Source: Prevotella sp.
GTDB lineage: Bacteria; Bacteroidota; Bacteroidia; Bacteroidales; Bacteroidaceae
Assembly (NCBI GenBank): GCA_017483805.1
Contig: JAFUUL010000039.1
Span: forward strand, 2,300-66,299
DNA length: 64,000 bases
Direction of reading: 5' to 3'
Shown here: piece by piece, positions 19,030-30,189 of the stretch
Numbering within the stretch: position 1 is the stretch's first letter
Layout: every line of letters begins with the position of its first letter
Translations under genes and position numbers: made by a program
Notes under the pieces: generated by a model
What the model saw: the letters and a program-made list of their open reading frames with translations, nothing else
Database searches by the model: none
Told to the model about the DNA's origin: nothing

Positions 19030-20691
19030 TTAGATTTTTGCTTGGTATAAATATCTCTTGATGCTTTTCTTGGGTGTCTTCTTGAATTCCTCGTCGCGCA
19101 GTTCGATGCGGCTGATGTTGCTGAAGTGGGGCAGCGCGGCGTTCAGGTTCTGGCGGTTCTGCTCCATGACGGCTGCCAGTTCCTCTGGGCCGAAGCCGTT
19201 CTGTTCGTCCTTGTCGGGATAGACGAGTGCCACCAGTTTGTCGCCGTCCTGTATGACCAGGCTCTCGCTGACCATAGGCATGGAGTTCAGTTTGTCCTCT
19301 ATTTCCTCCGGATAGACGTTCTGCCCGTTGGCGCCGAGCAGCATATTCTTGATGCGTCCGCGGATGTAGATGTTGCCGTCGGCATCCATCGTGGCCAGGT
19401 CGCCCGTGTGATACCAGCCGTCTTCGTCGATGGCCAGTCGTGTGGCCTCCTCGTTCTTGTAGTAGCCCAGCATCAGGTTGGTGCCGCGGGTGACGATCTC
19501 GCCGGCCACGTTCTGCGGGTCGCGACTCAGGATGCGCACCTCCATGTTGTCCAGCGTGCAGCCGCAGGAGCCCGGCGCAAACTCGTGCCAGTCGCGGTAA
19601 CTGATGAGCGGCGCGCACTCGGTGGTGCCGTAGCCTACGGTTACGGGGAAGCCTATGCTGACCAGGAACTGCTCGATCTCCTTAGAAAGTGGAGCCCCGC
19701 CCACGATGACCTCGTAGGCCTGTCCGCCGAAGGCTTCGTAGACCTGCTGGCAGACGCGCTCCTTCACCTTCTTCGACACCACGGGCATAGCGAGCAGCAG
19801 TTTCATGCGGTTGCTCTGTATGATGGGGAATACTTTCTTGCGGATGATCTTCTCGATGATGAGCGGCACGGCCACCACCAGCGAGGGCTTGACTTCGGTG
19901 AAGGCTTGGGCGATGAGCGAGGGCGAGGGCAGACGGTTGAGGAAGAATAGGTGGCAACCGTTGCAGAAGCCGAAGATGAACTCGATGGCCAGGCCGTACA
20001 TGTGGGCCATTGGCAGTATCTCGAGCATCGGCGTGCCCGACTTGACGTGGTCGCCCAGCCGGCGCAGGCAGAAATCGAGGTTGCCCCAAAGTGCACGATA
20101 GGGCAGCATGACGCCCTTTGAGAAGCCCGTAGTGCCGCTGGTGTAGTTGATCAGGGCCATTTCCTCGGGCGAGTCCTGGTGGTAGTGCACGTGCTCCTTG
20201 CGGAAAGCCATCGGATACTTGCTGCCGAACATCATGTTCAGGTGTTCGCGGGCGTAGGTGAGTTGTTCCGAGCGGGAAATCATCAGCGAGAAGTCGGGCA
20301 GGTTGAGTATGCCCTCCAGTCGGGGCATCGCCTCTGGGTCTATCTCCTTGGCAATATAGTCGCCCACGAAGAGAAGCCGGGCTTCGGAGTGGTTGACGAT
20401 GTTGTGTATTTGCTCGGCGTTGAACTCATGCAGGATAGGTACGGCGACGGCCCCATAGGTGAGCGTGGCCAGGAATGCCACAGCCCAATGGGCGGAGTTG
20501 CGCCCGCAGATGGCTATCTTGTCGCCCTTCTGGATGCCGCAGTTCAGGTAGGCGATGTGGAGTTTCTCTATCTTGCGAGCCACATCGTGAAATTGCAGCG
20601 TCTGGCCTTGGAAGTCGGTCAGGGCGTCTGCGTCCCAGTTCTTTATGATGGCATCCTCAATGTATTTATTAAAACTTGAGCCTAAGTCCAT
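19030..20691 (-). CDS. Long-chain fatty acid-CoA ligase, tandem paralog
   Basis: Same motifs as the neighbour; start MDLGSSF lies downstream of the promoter box at 20715-20722. Confidence 0.93.
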   Translation of the reverse strand: MDLGSSFNKYIEDAIIKNWDADALTDFQGQTLQFHDVARKIEKLHIAYLNCGIQKGDKIAICGRNSAHWAVAFLATLTYGAVAVPILHEFNAEQIHNIVNHSEARLLFVGDYIAKEIDPEAMPRLEGILNLPDFSLMISRSEQLTYAREHLNMMFGSKYPMAFRKEHVHYHQDSPEEMALINYTSGTTGFSKGVMLPYRALWGNLDFCLRRLGDHVKSGTPMLEILPMAHMYGLAIEFIFGFCNGCHLFFLNRLPSPSLIAQAFTEVKPSLVVAVPLIIEKIIRKKVFPIIQSNRMKLLLAMPVVSKKVKERVCQQVYEAFGGQAYEVIVGGAPLSKEIEQFLVSIGFPVTVGYGTTECAPLISYRDWHEFAPGSCGCTLDNMEVRILSRDPQNVAGEIVTRGTNLMLGYYKNEEATRLAIDEDGWYHTGDLATMDADGNIYIRGRIKNMLLGANGQNVYPEEIEDKLNSMPMVSESLVIQDGDKLVALVYPDKDEQNGFGPEELAAVMEQNRQNLNAALPHFSNISRIELRDEEFKKTPKKSIKRYLYQAKI

Positions 20692-20803
20692 TGCACAATT
20701 GTCGAAATTTTGTGCAAAGGTACATTGTTTCCTGCACATTCCCAAATTTTTTGTGCAGTTTTTTATCTTTTCCTTAGTTAATAAGTACTAATAGGACATT
20801 TTA

Positions 20804-22045
20804 TCAGTCATATCGCATAGACTGAGCGGGTCGGATGAACATGACCAGCAGGCTCGGCAGCACCAGTACGAGCACGGAAATGAGCAGGGTGCTCACGTTG
20901 AGCAGCAGGATAAGTGGCAGGCTCAGTTCCATCGGTGCCTCGCTCACATAGTAGGTCTGCGGGTCGAGCGTCACCAGTCCCGTCTGCTGCTGCAGTATGA
21001 CGATGCCCAGGCCGAGCACGTTGCCCAGCAGCAGGCCGCGGCTGATGATGAAGGCTCCGAACCACAGGAAGGTCTTGCCGATCATGGAGTTGCGGGCACC
21101 CAGGGCCTTCAGTATGCCGATCATCTGCGTGCGTTCCAATATAATAATAAGGAGTCCGCTAATCATGGTGAAGCCTGCTACGGCTATCATCAGGGCCAGG
21201 ATGATCCACACGTTGATGTCGAGCAGTTCCAGCCACGAGAACACCTGCGGATAGGACTCCATGATGGTCTGCGGGGCCATGAAGTTGCCCGCCATGTCGG
21301 GCCGCTTGCGCAGTTCGGCTGACACGTTGCGCTTGGTCTCGTCCAGGCGGTCGAAGTCGCTCACCAGCAGTTCCAGTCCCGAGCATTCGTCGCTGGAGTA
21401 GCCGTTCAGTTTGCGGGTGACGTAGAGGTCGGTCAGGCAGATCAGGTCGTCGAAGCGCTTCATGTTGGTCTGGTAGACGGCGCAGACGTTGAACTTACGC
21501 ACGCGCACGTCGTCGTCGATGAAGTAGGCAAAGATACGGTCGCCGGCGTGAATCCTCAACTTGTCGGCCATCGACTTCGACACCACGAGCGGATACTGAG
21601 TGGCGGAGTCGGAGAACTGGGGCAACTCGCCCTCCTGCAGGCAGGATTCGAGGAAGCGGGTGTCATACTCCGGCCCCACGCCCTTGAGCATCACCCCCAG
21701 GAAGTCGTCGTCGGTCTTCAGTATGCCCTGGGCCCAGCAGAATCGCTGGGCGTGGTTCACCCCAGTGATGCCCTCCATCGTGGGCAGGGCCGTCGAGTCG
21801 ATGCTGATGGAGGCCACGGGATTGTAGGCAGCCTGCACGTTCTGCACCTGAATGTGACTGCCGAATCCCACCACCTTGTCGCGTATGGTGTGCTTGAATC
21901 CCAGCACGACGCTGACGGTCACGATCATCACGGCCAGCCCGATGGCCACGCCGATGGTGGCTATCCGAATGGCAGGGCGGCTCACCTTGCGGCGGTCGCC
22001 CTTGTCGCTAAAGATTCTGCGTGCTATGAATAGGGGGAGAAACAT
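20804..22045 (-). CDS. LolC/E-family (FtsX-like) ABC permease
   Basis: GVAIGLAVMIVTVSVVLGF; ERTQMIGILKALGA; four-TM layout. Confidence 0.88.
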   Translation of the reverse strand: MFLPLFIARRIFSDKGDRRKVSRPAIRIATIGVAIGLAVMIVTVSVVLGFKHTIRDKVVGFGSHIQVQNVQAAYNPVASISIDSTALPTMEGITGVNHAQRFCWAQGILKTDDDFLGVMLKGVGPEYDTRFLESCLQEGELPQFSDSATQYPLVVSKSMADKLRIHAGDRIFAYFIDDDVRVRKFNVCAVYQTNMKRFDDLICLTDLYVTRKLNGYSSDECSGLELLVSDFDRLDETKRNVSAELRKRPDMAGNFMAPQTIMESYPQVFSWLELLDINVWIILALMIAVAGFTMISGLLIIILERTQMIGILKALGARNSMIGKTFLWFGAFIISRGLLLGNVLGLGIVILQQQTGLVTLDPQTYYVSEAPMELSLPLILLLNVSTLLISVLVLVLPSLLVMFIRPAQSMRYD

Positions 22046-22073
22046 CACTTCTCACTCAATCACTTCTCACTCA

Positions 22074-23276
22074 TCACTCCTCGGTTCTGCCCGGATAGGC
22101 CTCCAGCGCCTTCTGCAGCACCACGAGGGCCTTCACCAGGTCTTCCTTCTTCAGCACGTAGGCTATGCGCACCTGGTTGATGCCGGCACCCGGGGTGGTG
22201 TAGAAACCTGCGGCGGGCGCCATCATGACCGTCTGGCCCTCGTACTCGAATTCCGACAGGCACCAGCGGCAGAACTTCTCGCTATCGTCAACGGGCAACT
22301 TGGCCACAGTATAGAAGGCTCCCATGGGGATGGGCGAGTAGACGCCGGGAATGCGGTTCAGCCCGTCGATGAGGCACTTGCGCCGCTCCACGTACTCGTC
22401 GTAGACGTCGCGATAGTATTCCTCGGGTGCGTCGAGCGAAGCCTCGGCCACTATCTGACCGATCAGGGGAGGGGAGAGACGGGCCTGACAGAACTTCATC
22501 ACGGCCGCGCGTACCTCTTTATTCTTAGTGATGAGCGCACCCACGCGGATGCCGCACTCGGAGTAGCGCTTCGAGACGGAGTCGATCAGTATCACGTTCT
22601 GCTCGATGCCTTCCAGGTGGCAGGCCGAAATGTAGGGCGAGCCCGTGTAGATGTATTCGCGGTAGACCTCGTCAGAGAAGAGATAGAGGTCGTACTTCTT
22701 CACCAGGTCGCGAATCTGGTTCATCTCGCGGCGCGTGTAGAGATAGCCCGTGGGGTTGTTGGGGTTGCAGATCATGATGGCGCGCGTGCGCTCGTTGATC
22801 AGTTCCTCAAACTTCTCCACCTTGGGCAGCGAGAAGCCTTCTTCTATCGTGGTGGCAATGGTGCGTATCTTGGCTCCGGCCGAGATGGCAAAGGCCATAT
22901 AGTTGGCATAGGCCGGTTCGGGCACGATGATCTCGTCGCCGGGGTTCAGGCACGAGAGGAAGGCAAAGAGCACCGCCTCAGAGCCGCCGCTGGTGATGAT
23001 GATGTCGTCGGCCGTCACCCGGATGTTGTATTTCGCGTAGTAGCCCACCAGTTTCTCGCGGTAACTCAGGTAGCCCTGCGATGGTGAGTACTCCAGGATC
23101 TGGCGGTCGATCTGTTTCAGCGCGTCCAGTCCCACCTGCGGCGTGGGCAGGTCGGGCTGACCGATGTTCAGGTGGTAAACGTGGGTTCCGCGCTTCTTGG
23201 CGGCAGCAGCCAGCGGAGCCAACTTCCTGATAGGGCTCTCGGGCATCTCCAGACCACGTACTGATATTTCTGGCAT
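22074..23276 (-). CDS. PLP-dependent class I/II aminotransferase
   Basis: NIGQPD, NPNNPTG, DEVY, SVSKRYSECGIRVG. Confidence 0.93.
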   Translation of the reverse strand: MPEISVRGLEMPESPIRKLAPLAAAAKKRGTHVYHLNIGQPDLPTPQVGLDALKQIDRQILEYSPSQGYLSYREKLVGYYAKYNIRVTADDIIITSGGSEAVLFAFLSCLNPGDEIIVPEPAYANYMAFAISAGAKIRTIATTIEEGFSLPKVEKFEELINERTRAIMICNPNNPTGYLYTRREMNQIRDLVKKYDLYLFSDEVYREYIYTGSPYISACHLEGIEQNVILIDSVSKRYSECGIRVGALITKNKEVRAAVMKFCQARLSPPLIGQIVAEASLDAPEEYYRDVYDEYVERRKCLIDGLNRIPGVYSPIPMGAFYTVAKLPVDDSEKFCRWCLSEFEYEGQTVMMAPAAGFYTTPGAGINQVRIAYVLKKEDLVKALVVLQKALEAYPGRTEE

Positions 23277-23305
23277 CTTGTTTGTTTACGATTTGTCAAT
23301 TTGGG

Positions 23306-23327
23306 TGCAAAGGTACGAATAAGTGAG
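23306..23327 (-). promoter_or_regulatory. Promoter-bearing 22-mer, identical to the copy upstream of manA
   Basis: ctcacttattcgtacctttgca on the minus strand; contains TACCTTTG. Confidence 0.7.
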
Positions 23328-23360
23328 AACAATACAAAACAAAAAGTCATTTTTTTGCTT

Positions 23361-23434
23361 TTTGGACGAAGCAAACTGGGACTTTGGACGAAGCAAACTG
23401 GGACTTTGGACGAAGCAAACCTCAGGTTTGGACG
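23361..23434. repeat. 22-bp tandem repeat, about 3.4 copies, between divergent promoters
   Basis: tttggacgaagcaaactgggac x2, then tttggacgaagcaaacctcagg, then tttggacg. Confidence 0.9.
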
Positions 23435-23542
23435 GTCCTAAGTCCTGCGGCTCGAAGTGCTTTTTCTGCTTTTTTATGCCAAAATACTTGCCCATGTCGG
23501 ATTTATTGTGTACTTTTGCCCAACCAAAATCAGACGAAGGCA

Positions 23543-24784
23543 ATGAATTTCGAAGAAATGATCAATGCTCGCGAGGGGGCGATGCATCGTGAGACAACGC
23601 TCATAGGCGAGTTGTACAGGAAACAGGTGGACGGCAAGTACCACCACGTGGTAGACCTCAATCCGTCGCTCATCGACAGCATCGTGTTCTGCGAGGCCCT
23701 GAAGAGCGATGTGGAGTGGTCGGCCAAGCGCATGGAGAAACAGCAACTGCATGGTCTGCTGCACGGCGACAGCAATAGCGTCTACGAGATAGAACTGGAG
23801 ACCGGCAGTTTCCTGACTCTGGAAAGCCTGCTGAACAGCAATCCCGCCATCGTGGCCCAGAAGGGCTTCATCGACGAGGTGTTCACCTCGCTGGTGGAGT
23901 ATCTCGACGTGCTGCATGCTGAGGGCATCTGTCAGTTGTGTCTGGCACCTCAGAGCGTCTTCCTGCGTAAGTCCAGCAACACGCCCATGCTGCTCACCCA
24001 CGGCTCGTTCTATCAGGGAATGGTCGACTTGGACGAACTCTATACGGCTGAATACCAGAAGTTTGTGGCCCCCGAGGTGCTGGCCCGCGAGTCGGTGGAC
24101 GAGCGAAGCGACGTCTATGCCCTGGGTCGCCTCATCGAGCATCTGTTCAGTCAGGGCGAGATCACCTACGAGTACAAGGCTATGGTGAAGAAGGCCACGG
24201 CCGAGAACCCTGCCGACCGCTACCAGTCGCTGGCCGCGATGAAGAGTGCTCTGGAGAACAAGCGCAACACGCGTCGCTCGGTCATCGTTCTGGCTGCTGC
24301 CGTCGTGCTGGCCCTGCTGGGCGTGTGGATCTATGTGGACTTCATGCCTGAGCAAAACGTGGTCGAGTTCGTCGAGCCTGCCCCGAAGAGCGAAGACGAT
24401 CCATTCGGCAGCAGTTACTTCGACCCGGAGACGGGGCTCCTGATGGAGGATGACGCGTCTGACACCTCTGATCTGGACCGTATGTATCAGCAGAAGGCCG
24501 AGGAGATATTCCGCAAGCGCTATGCCCAGGAGGCCGACCGCATACTCTCCGACATCTACGACAACGACCGCCTGAGCGGTTCGGAGAAAAACTACCGCGC
24601 CGGCAGCCATTCGATGGCGCAGGAACTCATCAAACTGCAGAGCGAGATGGGCGAGGAGGCAGGCCTGACGGAGGAAGAGGCTGGCCGCATAGGTCAGGAG
24701 ATCCGGGAGAAGATCACCAAGGACAAGCAGGCCCAGGTGAGCCGCAAGGGCTACATACGGCCTACAGAGGAAGAAGAACAATGA
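23543..24784 (+). CDS. Membrane-anchored Ser/Thr kinase-fold protein, probably a pseudokinase
   Basis: FVAPEV, SDVYALG and PADRY are kept; the HRD and DFG positions read QLC and THG; one TM helix, then an acidic C-terminal domain. Confidence 0.72.
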   Translation: MNFEEMINAREGAMHRETTLIGELYRKQVDGKYHHVVDLNPSLIDSIVFCEALKSDVEWSAKRMEKQQLHGLLHGDSNSVYEIELETGSFLTLESLLNSNPAIVAQKGFIDEVFTSLVEYLDVLHAEGICQLCLAPQSVFLRKSSNTPMLLTHGSFYQGMVDLDELYTAEYQKFVAPEVLARESVDERSDVYALGRLIEHLFSQGEITYEYKAMVKKATAENPADRYQSLAAMKSALENKRNTRRSVIVLAAAVVLALLGVWIYVDFMPEQNVVEFVEPAPKSEDDPFGSSYFDPETGLLMEDDASDTSDLDRMYQQKAEEIFRKRYAQEADRILSDIYDNDRLSGSEKNYRAGSHSMAQELIKLQSEMGEEAGLTEEEAGRIGQEIREKITKDKQAQVSRKGYIRPTEEEEQ

Positions 24785-24809
24785 ACAAATCAACAAAAAG
24801 ATACAGATA

Positions 24810-25298
24810 ATGAGAAGCAGAACAGCAACGTGGTTTGAATGCAAGATTCGCTACGAGAAGACAATGGAAGACGGCATGCAGAAGAAGGTCACCGAGGCCT
24901 ATGTCGTCGACGCCCTCAGTTTCAGCGAGGCCGAGGAGCGCATCATCGAGGAAATGTCGAGTTACATCAGCGGCGAGTTCAACGTGACCGACATCAAGAA
25001 GGCCCCCTACGGCGAGATATTCTTCAGCGACCTGGAGTTGGCCGACCGCTGGTATAAGGCCAAACTGCAGTTTATCACCATCGACGAAAAGACTGAGAAG
25101 GAGAAGAAGTCTACCGTGAACTACCTCATACAGGCCGGCTCTTTCAATGGTGCTGTGAAGAACATCGACGAGGTGATGGGCTCCACGATGATCGACTACG
25201 TGATAGCCAGCGTAGCCGAGACCACCCTGATGGACGTATTCGAGCATACCGCCCCAGCCAAGAAGGCTGACGACAAACCGGAGTTTGAGCAGCAGTAG
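24810..25298 (+). CDS. DUF4494 family protein
   Basis: WFECKIRYEK, YVVDALSFSEAE, WYKAKL. Confidence 0.85.
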   Translation: MRSRTATWFECKIRYEKTMEDGMQKKVTEAYVVDALSFSEAEERIIEEMSSYISGEFNVTDIKKAPYGEIFFSDLELADRWYKAKLQFITIDEKTEKEKKSTVNYLIQAGSFNGAVKNIDEVMGSTMIDYVIASVAETTLMDVFEHTAPAKKADDKPEFEQQ

Positions 25299-25306
25299 AG
25301 AGCCCT

Positions 25307-25978
25307 ATGTATCCCGTCAAAGAGAAACTGCGCCAGGTGCTGCAGTCGCTGCCCGAGGGCGTGCGGCTGGTGGCCATCAGCAAGTATCACCCCGAGGACT
25401 ACATCATGGCCGCCTACGAGGAGGGCCAGCGTGTCTTCGGCGAGAGCCACGAGCAGGAACTGGCCCGCAAGGTCGAGGCCCTGCCGAAGGACATAGAGTG
25501 GCACTTCATAGGCCATCTGCAGACGAACAAGGTGAAGTATATCGCCCCCTACATCTCGATGATAGAGGCCGTGGACTCGCTCCGGCTCCTGCGCGAGATA
25601 GAGAAGCAGGCGGCCAAGTGCGACCGAGTGGTGCGCGTGCTGCTGGAACTGCACATAGCCGAGGAGGCCACCAAGTACGGCCTCTCGCTCGACGATTGTC
25701 GCGCCCTGCTGAGCGAGGGCGAGTGGCGTCAGATGGAGCACGTGCAGATTTGCGGCCTGATGATGATGGCCAGCAATACCGACGACGAGGCGCAGATAGC
25801 CCGCGAATTTCAGCAGGCGGCCGATTTCTTCGACGAGGTGAAGGCTACTTATTTCGCCGACAGCCCCCAGTTCTGCGAGCGTTCGTGGGGCATGAGCGAC
25901 GACTACCCGATAGCCGTCCGCCATCGTTCGACGATGGTCCGCGTGGGCACGATGATCTTCGGGCCGCGCGTCTATTAG
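25307..25978 (+). CDS. yggS: PLP homeostasis protein YggS
   Basis: LVAISK, WHFIGHLQTNK, GMSDDY, VRVGT.IFG. Confidence 0.95.
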   Translation: MYPVKEKLRQVLQSLPEGVRLVAISKYHPEDYIMAAYEEGQRVFGESHEQELARKVEALPKDIEWHFIGHLQTNKVKYIAPYISMIEAVDSLRLLREIEKQAAKCDRVVRVLLELHIAEEATKYGLSLDDCRALLSEGEWRQMEHVQICGLMMMASNTDDEAQIAREFQQAADFFDEVKATYFADSPQFCERSWGMSDDYPIAVRHRSTMVRVGTMIFGPRVY

Positions 25979-26000
25979 GAAATCAGCAACAAAAGGAACT

Positions 26001-26043
26001 AAAAACCCCGGAAGTCTCTTGGCGGACTTCCGGGGCTTGTTTA
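26001..26043. terminator. Hairpin terminator between yggS and the convergent mutase gene
   Basis: ccccggaagtc / gacttccgggg, with an A run to the left and a T-rich run to the right. Confidence 0.75.
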
Positions 26044-26062
26044 TGTAGAAGAGATGGTTTGC

Positions 26063-28231
26063 TTACTCTTCGTCCAGCAGGATGTTCATCATCTCGCAGG
26101 CAGCCTTGGCCACGCTCGTGCCGGGACCGAAGATGGCGGCAACGCCGGCCTTGTAGAGGAAGTCGTAGTCCTGGGCGGGAATCACACCGCCGGCAATGAC
26201 CATGATGTCCTCGCGGCCCAGTTTCTTCAGTTCCTCAATGAGTTGCGGGATGAGCGTCTTGTGACCGGCGGCCAGACTGGAGGCTCCCACGATGTGAACG
26301 TCGTTCTCCACGGCCTCGCGGGCTGCTTCGGCGGGCGTCTGGAAGAGCGGGCCCATGTCGACGTCGAAACCGCAGTCGGCATAGCCGGTGGCTACAACCT
26401 TAGCGCCACGGTCGTGGCCGTCCTGACCCATCTTGGCCACGAAGATACGGGGCCGGCGGCCCTCACGCTTGGCAAACTTCTCGGTCAACTCGCAGGCTTT
26501 CTCAAAGTCTGCGTCGTTCTTGCTTTCTGATGAATACACGCCTGAAATGGTTCTGATAACTGCTTTATAACGGCCCACGATTTCCTCGCAGGCATCACTA
26601 ATCTCGCCCAGCGTACAACGGAGGCTGGCTGCCTTGACGGCCAGATCCAGCAGGTTGTTCTCGCTCTTGCGGCCTTCGTTGAAGTCGCGCACGCACTCGG
26701 TGATGGCCTTCAGGGCTGCCTGGCAGGCGGCCTCGTCGCGGTGAGCCTTCACCTCCTTCAGGTTCTCTTCCTGCTGCTTGCGCACAGCGGTATTGTCCAC
26801 CTCGAGGATGTCGATGGGATCCTCGTGCTCCAGACGATACTTGTTAGTGCCGACGATGGTCTGTACGCCAGAGTCGATGCGGGCCTGCGTGCGAGCAGCG
26901 GCCTCCTCGATGCGCATCTTGGGCAGACCTGTCTCGATGGCCTTGGCCATACCGCCCAGTTTCTCAATCTCCTGGATGTGCTCCCAGGCCTTGTGCACGA
27001 GTTCGTTGGTCAGCGTCTCCACGTAGTACGAGCCAGCCCACGGGTCAATCTGCTTGCAGACCTTGGTCTCGTTCTGGATGTAGATCTGGGTGTTACGTGC
27101 GATACGAGCCGAGAAGTCCGTAGGCAGGGCGATGGCCTCGTCGAGGGCGTTGGTGTGGAGGCTCTGGGTGTGACCCAGCACGGCAGCCATAGCCTCGATA
27201 CAGGTGCGGCCCACGTTGTTGAAGGGATCCTGCTCGGTGAGGCTCCAGCCAGAGGTCTGCGAGTGGGTACGCAGGGCCAGCGACTTGGGGTTCTTGGCAC
27301 CGAACGACTTCACAATCTTGGCCCACAGCAGACGGCCAGCGCGCATCTTGGCAATCTCCATGAAGTGATTCATGCCGATAGCCCAGAAGAACGACAGACG
27401 CGGAGCGAAGGCGTCGACATCGATGCCGGCGTTGACACCCGTGCGCAGATAGTCCATACCGTCGGCCAGGGTGTAGGCCAACTCGATGTCGGCCGTAGCA
27501 CCAGCCTCCTGCATATGGTAGCCGGAGATGGAGATGCTATTGAACTTAGGCATCTTCTGCGAAGTGTACTCGAAGATGTCGGCGATGATCTTCATCGAGA
27601 ATGCGGGGGGATAGATATAGGTGTTGCGCACCATGAACTCCTTCAGGATGTCGTTCTGGATGGTTCCGGCCATCTCTTCGAGTTGGGCGCCCTGCTCCAG
27701 ACCGGCCACGATGTAGAAGGCCAGGATGGGCAGCACGGCACCATTCATGGTCATCGAGACGGACATCTTGTTGAGGGGGATGCCTGAGAAGAGCACCTTC
27801 ATGTTCTCCTCGTTGCATATGCTCACACCAGCCTTACCCACGTCGCCTACCACACGGGCATTGTCGGGGTCGTAGCCACGATGGGTGGGCAGGTCGAAGG
27901 CTACGGAGAGGCCCTTCTGACCAGAGGCCAGGTTACGGCGATAGAAGGCGTTTGACTCCTCAGCGGTAGAGAATCCGGCATACTGGCGGATGGTCCACGG
28001 ACGGAACGGATACATCATCGAGTACGGACCACGCAGATAGGGCGGGATGCCGGCTGTGAAGTCGAGGTGCTCCATGCCTTCGAGGTCTTCCTTGGTGTAG
28101 ACAGGCTGAATGTCAATCTGCTCGGGCGTACGCCAGTTGGCAGTAATGCCATTCTCCTGCTGCCATTGCTGGCCATTCTTCTGCTGAATGCCAGCGTAGA
28201 TATCTATATCTTTAAAATTCTTACGTGCCAT
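26063..28231 (-). CDS. scpA: Methylmalonyl-CoA mutase, catalytic B12-binding subunit
   Basis: WTIRQYAGF; [11 protein letters not shown]12-binding motif. Confidence 0.97.
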   Translation of the reverse strand: MARKNFKDIDIYAGIQQKNGQQWQQENGITANWRTPEQIDIQPVYTKEDLEGMEHLDFTAGIPPYLRGPYSMMYPFRPWTIRQYAGFSTAEESNAFYRRNLASGQKGLSVAFDLPTHRGYDPDNARVVGDVGKAGVSICNEENMKVLFSGIPLNKMSVSMTMNGAVLPILAFYIVAGLEQGAQLEEMAGTIQNDILKEFMVRNTYIYPPAFSMKIIADIFEYTSQKMPKFNSISISGYHMQEAGATADIELAYTLADGMDYLRTGVNAGIDVDAFAPRLSFFWAIGMNHFMEIAKMRAGRLLWAKIVKSFGAKNPKSLALRTHSQTSGWSLTEQDPFNNVGRTCIEAMAAVLGHTQSLHTNALDEAIALPTDFSARIARNTQIYIQNETKVCKQIDPWAGSYYVETLTNELVHKAWEHIQEIEKLGGMAKAIETGLPKMRIEEAAARTQARIDSGVQTIVGTNKYRLEHEDPIDILEVDNTAVRKQQEENLKEVKAHRDEAACQAALKAITECVRDFNEGRKSENNLLDLAVKAASLRCTLGEISDACEEIVGRYKAVIRTISGVYSSESKNDADFEKACELTEKFAKREGRRPRIFVAKMGQDGHDRGAKVVATGYADCGFDVDMGPLFQTPAEAAREAVENDVHIVGASSLAAGHKTLIPQLIEELKKLGREDIMVIAGGVIPAQDYDFLYKAGVAAIFGPGTSVAKAACEMMNILLDEE

Positions 28232-28233
28232 AA

Positions 28234-30093
28234 TTAGATTCCGAGTTTAGCGTTGTACTCCTTGAGCGTACAGAGTTGGTTAGACTTGACGTGGATAAAG
28301 TTCTCGATGCCGGCGGCCTTTAGGTCTTCTGAGCAGGCGGGAGCACCTGCCACAACGAACATGGCGCGGCCGTTGAGGTACTGGAAGGCAGGGATGGCAT
28401 ACTCAGCATACTCGTCGTCGCTGGAGCAGATGACCACGATGTCGGCCTTGGCCTCCAGGGCGGCGTCGACACCTTCCTCGACGGTCTTGAAGCCGAGGTT
28501 GTCCATCACTTTATAGCCGGCAGCAGCCAGGAAGTTGCAAGAGAACTGGGCGCGAGCCTGACGCATGGCCAGGTTGCCGATGGTCAGCATGAAGGCGATG
28601 GGCTGCTTTGGGGCCTTCTCCGTAGAGAGGCGCAGCGTCTCGAACTCGCTGGCCAGACGCTCCTTGTTCAGGCGGGGCAGGTCTGCTGGCTCGTCTGTTG
28701 CTGTGCTACAGCAACAAACTGGACCGTGGGGCTCCTTACCGTCGCTGGTCTCGGTGAAGTTGGGGAACTGGTTGGTGCCCAGGATGAACTCCTTGCGCTT
28801 GGCTGCATCGGCATGACGCTTGGTGTTCGACTCGTTGACGGCATTGGTGATGTTGCCCTTCAGAGCCTCGGCCAAGAAACCGCCAGCCTCCTCGACGGCG
28901 AGGAAGAGTTTCCAGCCTTCCTTGGCGATGGCATCGGTCAGATGCTCGATGGTGTAGGAACCACCGGCCACGTCGACCAACTTGTCGAAGTGGGCCTCTT
29001 CCTTCAGCAGCAACTGCTGGTTGCGGGCAATACGCTCAGCAAACTCGGTGGGCTGCTCGTAGGGCTTGTCGAACGGGGTGACGATGATCGAGTCTACGTT
29101 GGCAATGGCTGCCGACATGGTCTCGGTCTGAGAGCGTAGCAGGTTGACATAGGAGTCAAACAGCGTCTGGTTGTACTCTGACGTGATGGCGCAGACGTGC
29201 ATCTGGCAGGCGCAGTCGCACTTGGGCTCGTACTGCTTCACAATCTGGGCCCAGAGCATACGGGCAGCGCGGAACTTGGCAATCTCCATGAAGTAGTTCT
29301 CGGAGACGCCCATGTTGAACTTGATGCGCTTGGCGGCCTCGGTAGCCTCGACGCCGGCCTCGGTCAGCAGGTTCAGATACTCGGCACCCCAGGCGAGGGC
29401 ATAGCCCAGTTCCTGATAGATGTAGGCACCAGCATTGTTCAGTTCAGAGGTGTTGACGTTGATGCAGCGATAGCCAGGCAGTTCCTTGAGGGCTTCAATG
29501 AGGGGCTTGGCAAACTGGAGCACAGGCGTGACGTCCTTACCCTTAACGAGCACCTTGCTGATAGGGTCGAAGTTGATAGAACCCTTCAGTTCGGCCAGCG
29601 GGTAGTTCTTCTGTTTGAAGTAGTCGACCAGGATCTCTGCCAGTTCTACGCAATGGCGCTGGCAGGTCTTGAAGTTCAGTTCCACATACTGGGGCAGGAT
29701 GCCATCCAGCAGGGTAGCGACGAACTCAGGATTGACATTGCTGCCTGCAATGCGGAAACCGATGGAGTCGATACCCTTGTTCAGGATGTCGAGGGCTTTG
29801 GCGTTGGCTGCCTTGGCATCGTCGGCCACGATTTCCTGGCGCACGAACCACAGGTTGTTGTCCTTCTTGTTGCCACGAACGAACGGGAACTCGCCAGGCA
29901 ATGAATCGACAGCCTTCAGTTCGGCCAGGTCTTCACGGCGATAGAAAGGCTGTACGTTAAAACCTTCGTTTGTTCTCCACACAAGGCGCTTCTGGAAGTC
30001 GGCGCCCTTCAAGTCTACCTCAATCTTGTCCAGCCACTCCTGAGTGGTAGGCGCGGTAAACTCGGTGAAGAGTTTCTCTTTGTTGTTTGACAT
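28234..30093 (-). CDS. mutA: Methylmalonyl-CoA mutase small subunit
   Basis: [29 protein letters not shown]; lacks DxHxxG. Confidence 0.93.
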   Translation of the reverse strand: MSNNKEKLFTEFTAPTTQEWLDKIEVDLKGADFQKRLVWRTNEGFNVQPFYRREDLAELKAVDSLPGEFPFVRGNKKDNNLWFVRQEIVADDAKAANAKALDILNKGIDSIGFRIAGSNVNPEFVATLLDGILPQYVELNFKTCQRHCVELAEILVDYFKQKNYPLAELKGSINFDPISKVLVKGKDVTPVLQFAKPLIEALKELPGYRCINVNTSELNNAGAYIYQELGYALAWGAEYLNLLTEAGVEATEAAKRIKFNMGVSENYFMEIAKFRAARMLWAQIVKQYEPKCDCACQMHVCAITSEYNQTLFDSYVNLLRSQTETMSAAIANVDSIIVTPFDKPYEQPTEFAERIARNQQLLLKEEAHFDKLVDVAGGSYTIEHLTDAIAKEGWKLFLAVEEAGGFLAEALKGNITNAVNESNTKRHADAAKRKEFILGTNQFPNFTETSDGKEPHGPVCCCSTATDEPADLPRLNKERLASEFETLRLSTEKAPKQPIAFMLTIGNLAMRQARAQFSCNFLAAAGYKVMDNLGFKTVEEGVDAALEAKADIVVICSSDDEYAEYAIPAFQYLNGRAMFVVAGAPACSEDLKAAGIENFIHVKSNQLCTLKEYNAKLGI

Positions 30094-30189
30094 AGTTAAA
30101 TTTAGAATTTGTAATATTATATAAGTTTGTTATTGCTTCTAGCCTGCAAAGATACACAAATCTTTGGATGTGGGCAAAGGATTTGCCAA

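Noticed and set aside
17365-20691. Tandem acyl-CoA ligases as a recent duplication or misassembly
   Set aside because: The two proteins are diverged along their whole length and both are intact, consistent with an old paralog pair.
22045-22077. Short duplication tcacttctcactca between the aminotransferase and the permease
   Set aside because: Too short to interpret; probably a remnant of the heptamer-type repeats.
23361-23434. 22-bp repeats as a mini-CRISPR
   Set aside because: The units are contiguous with no spacers.
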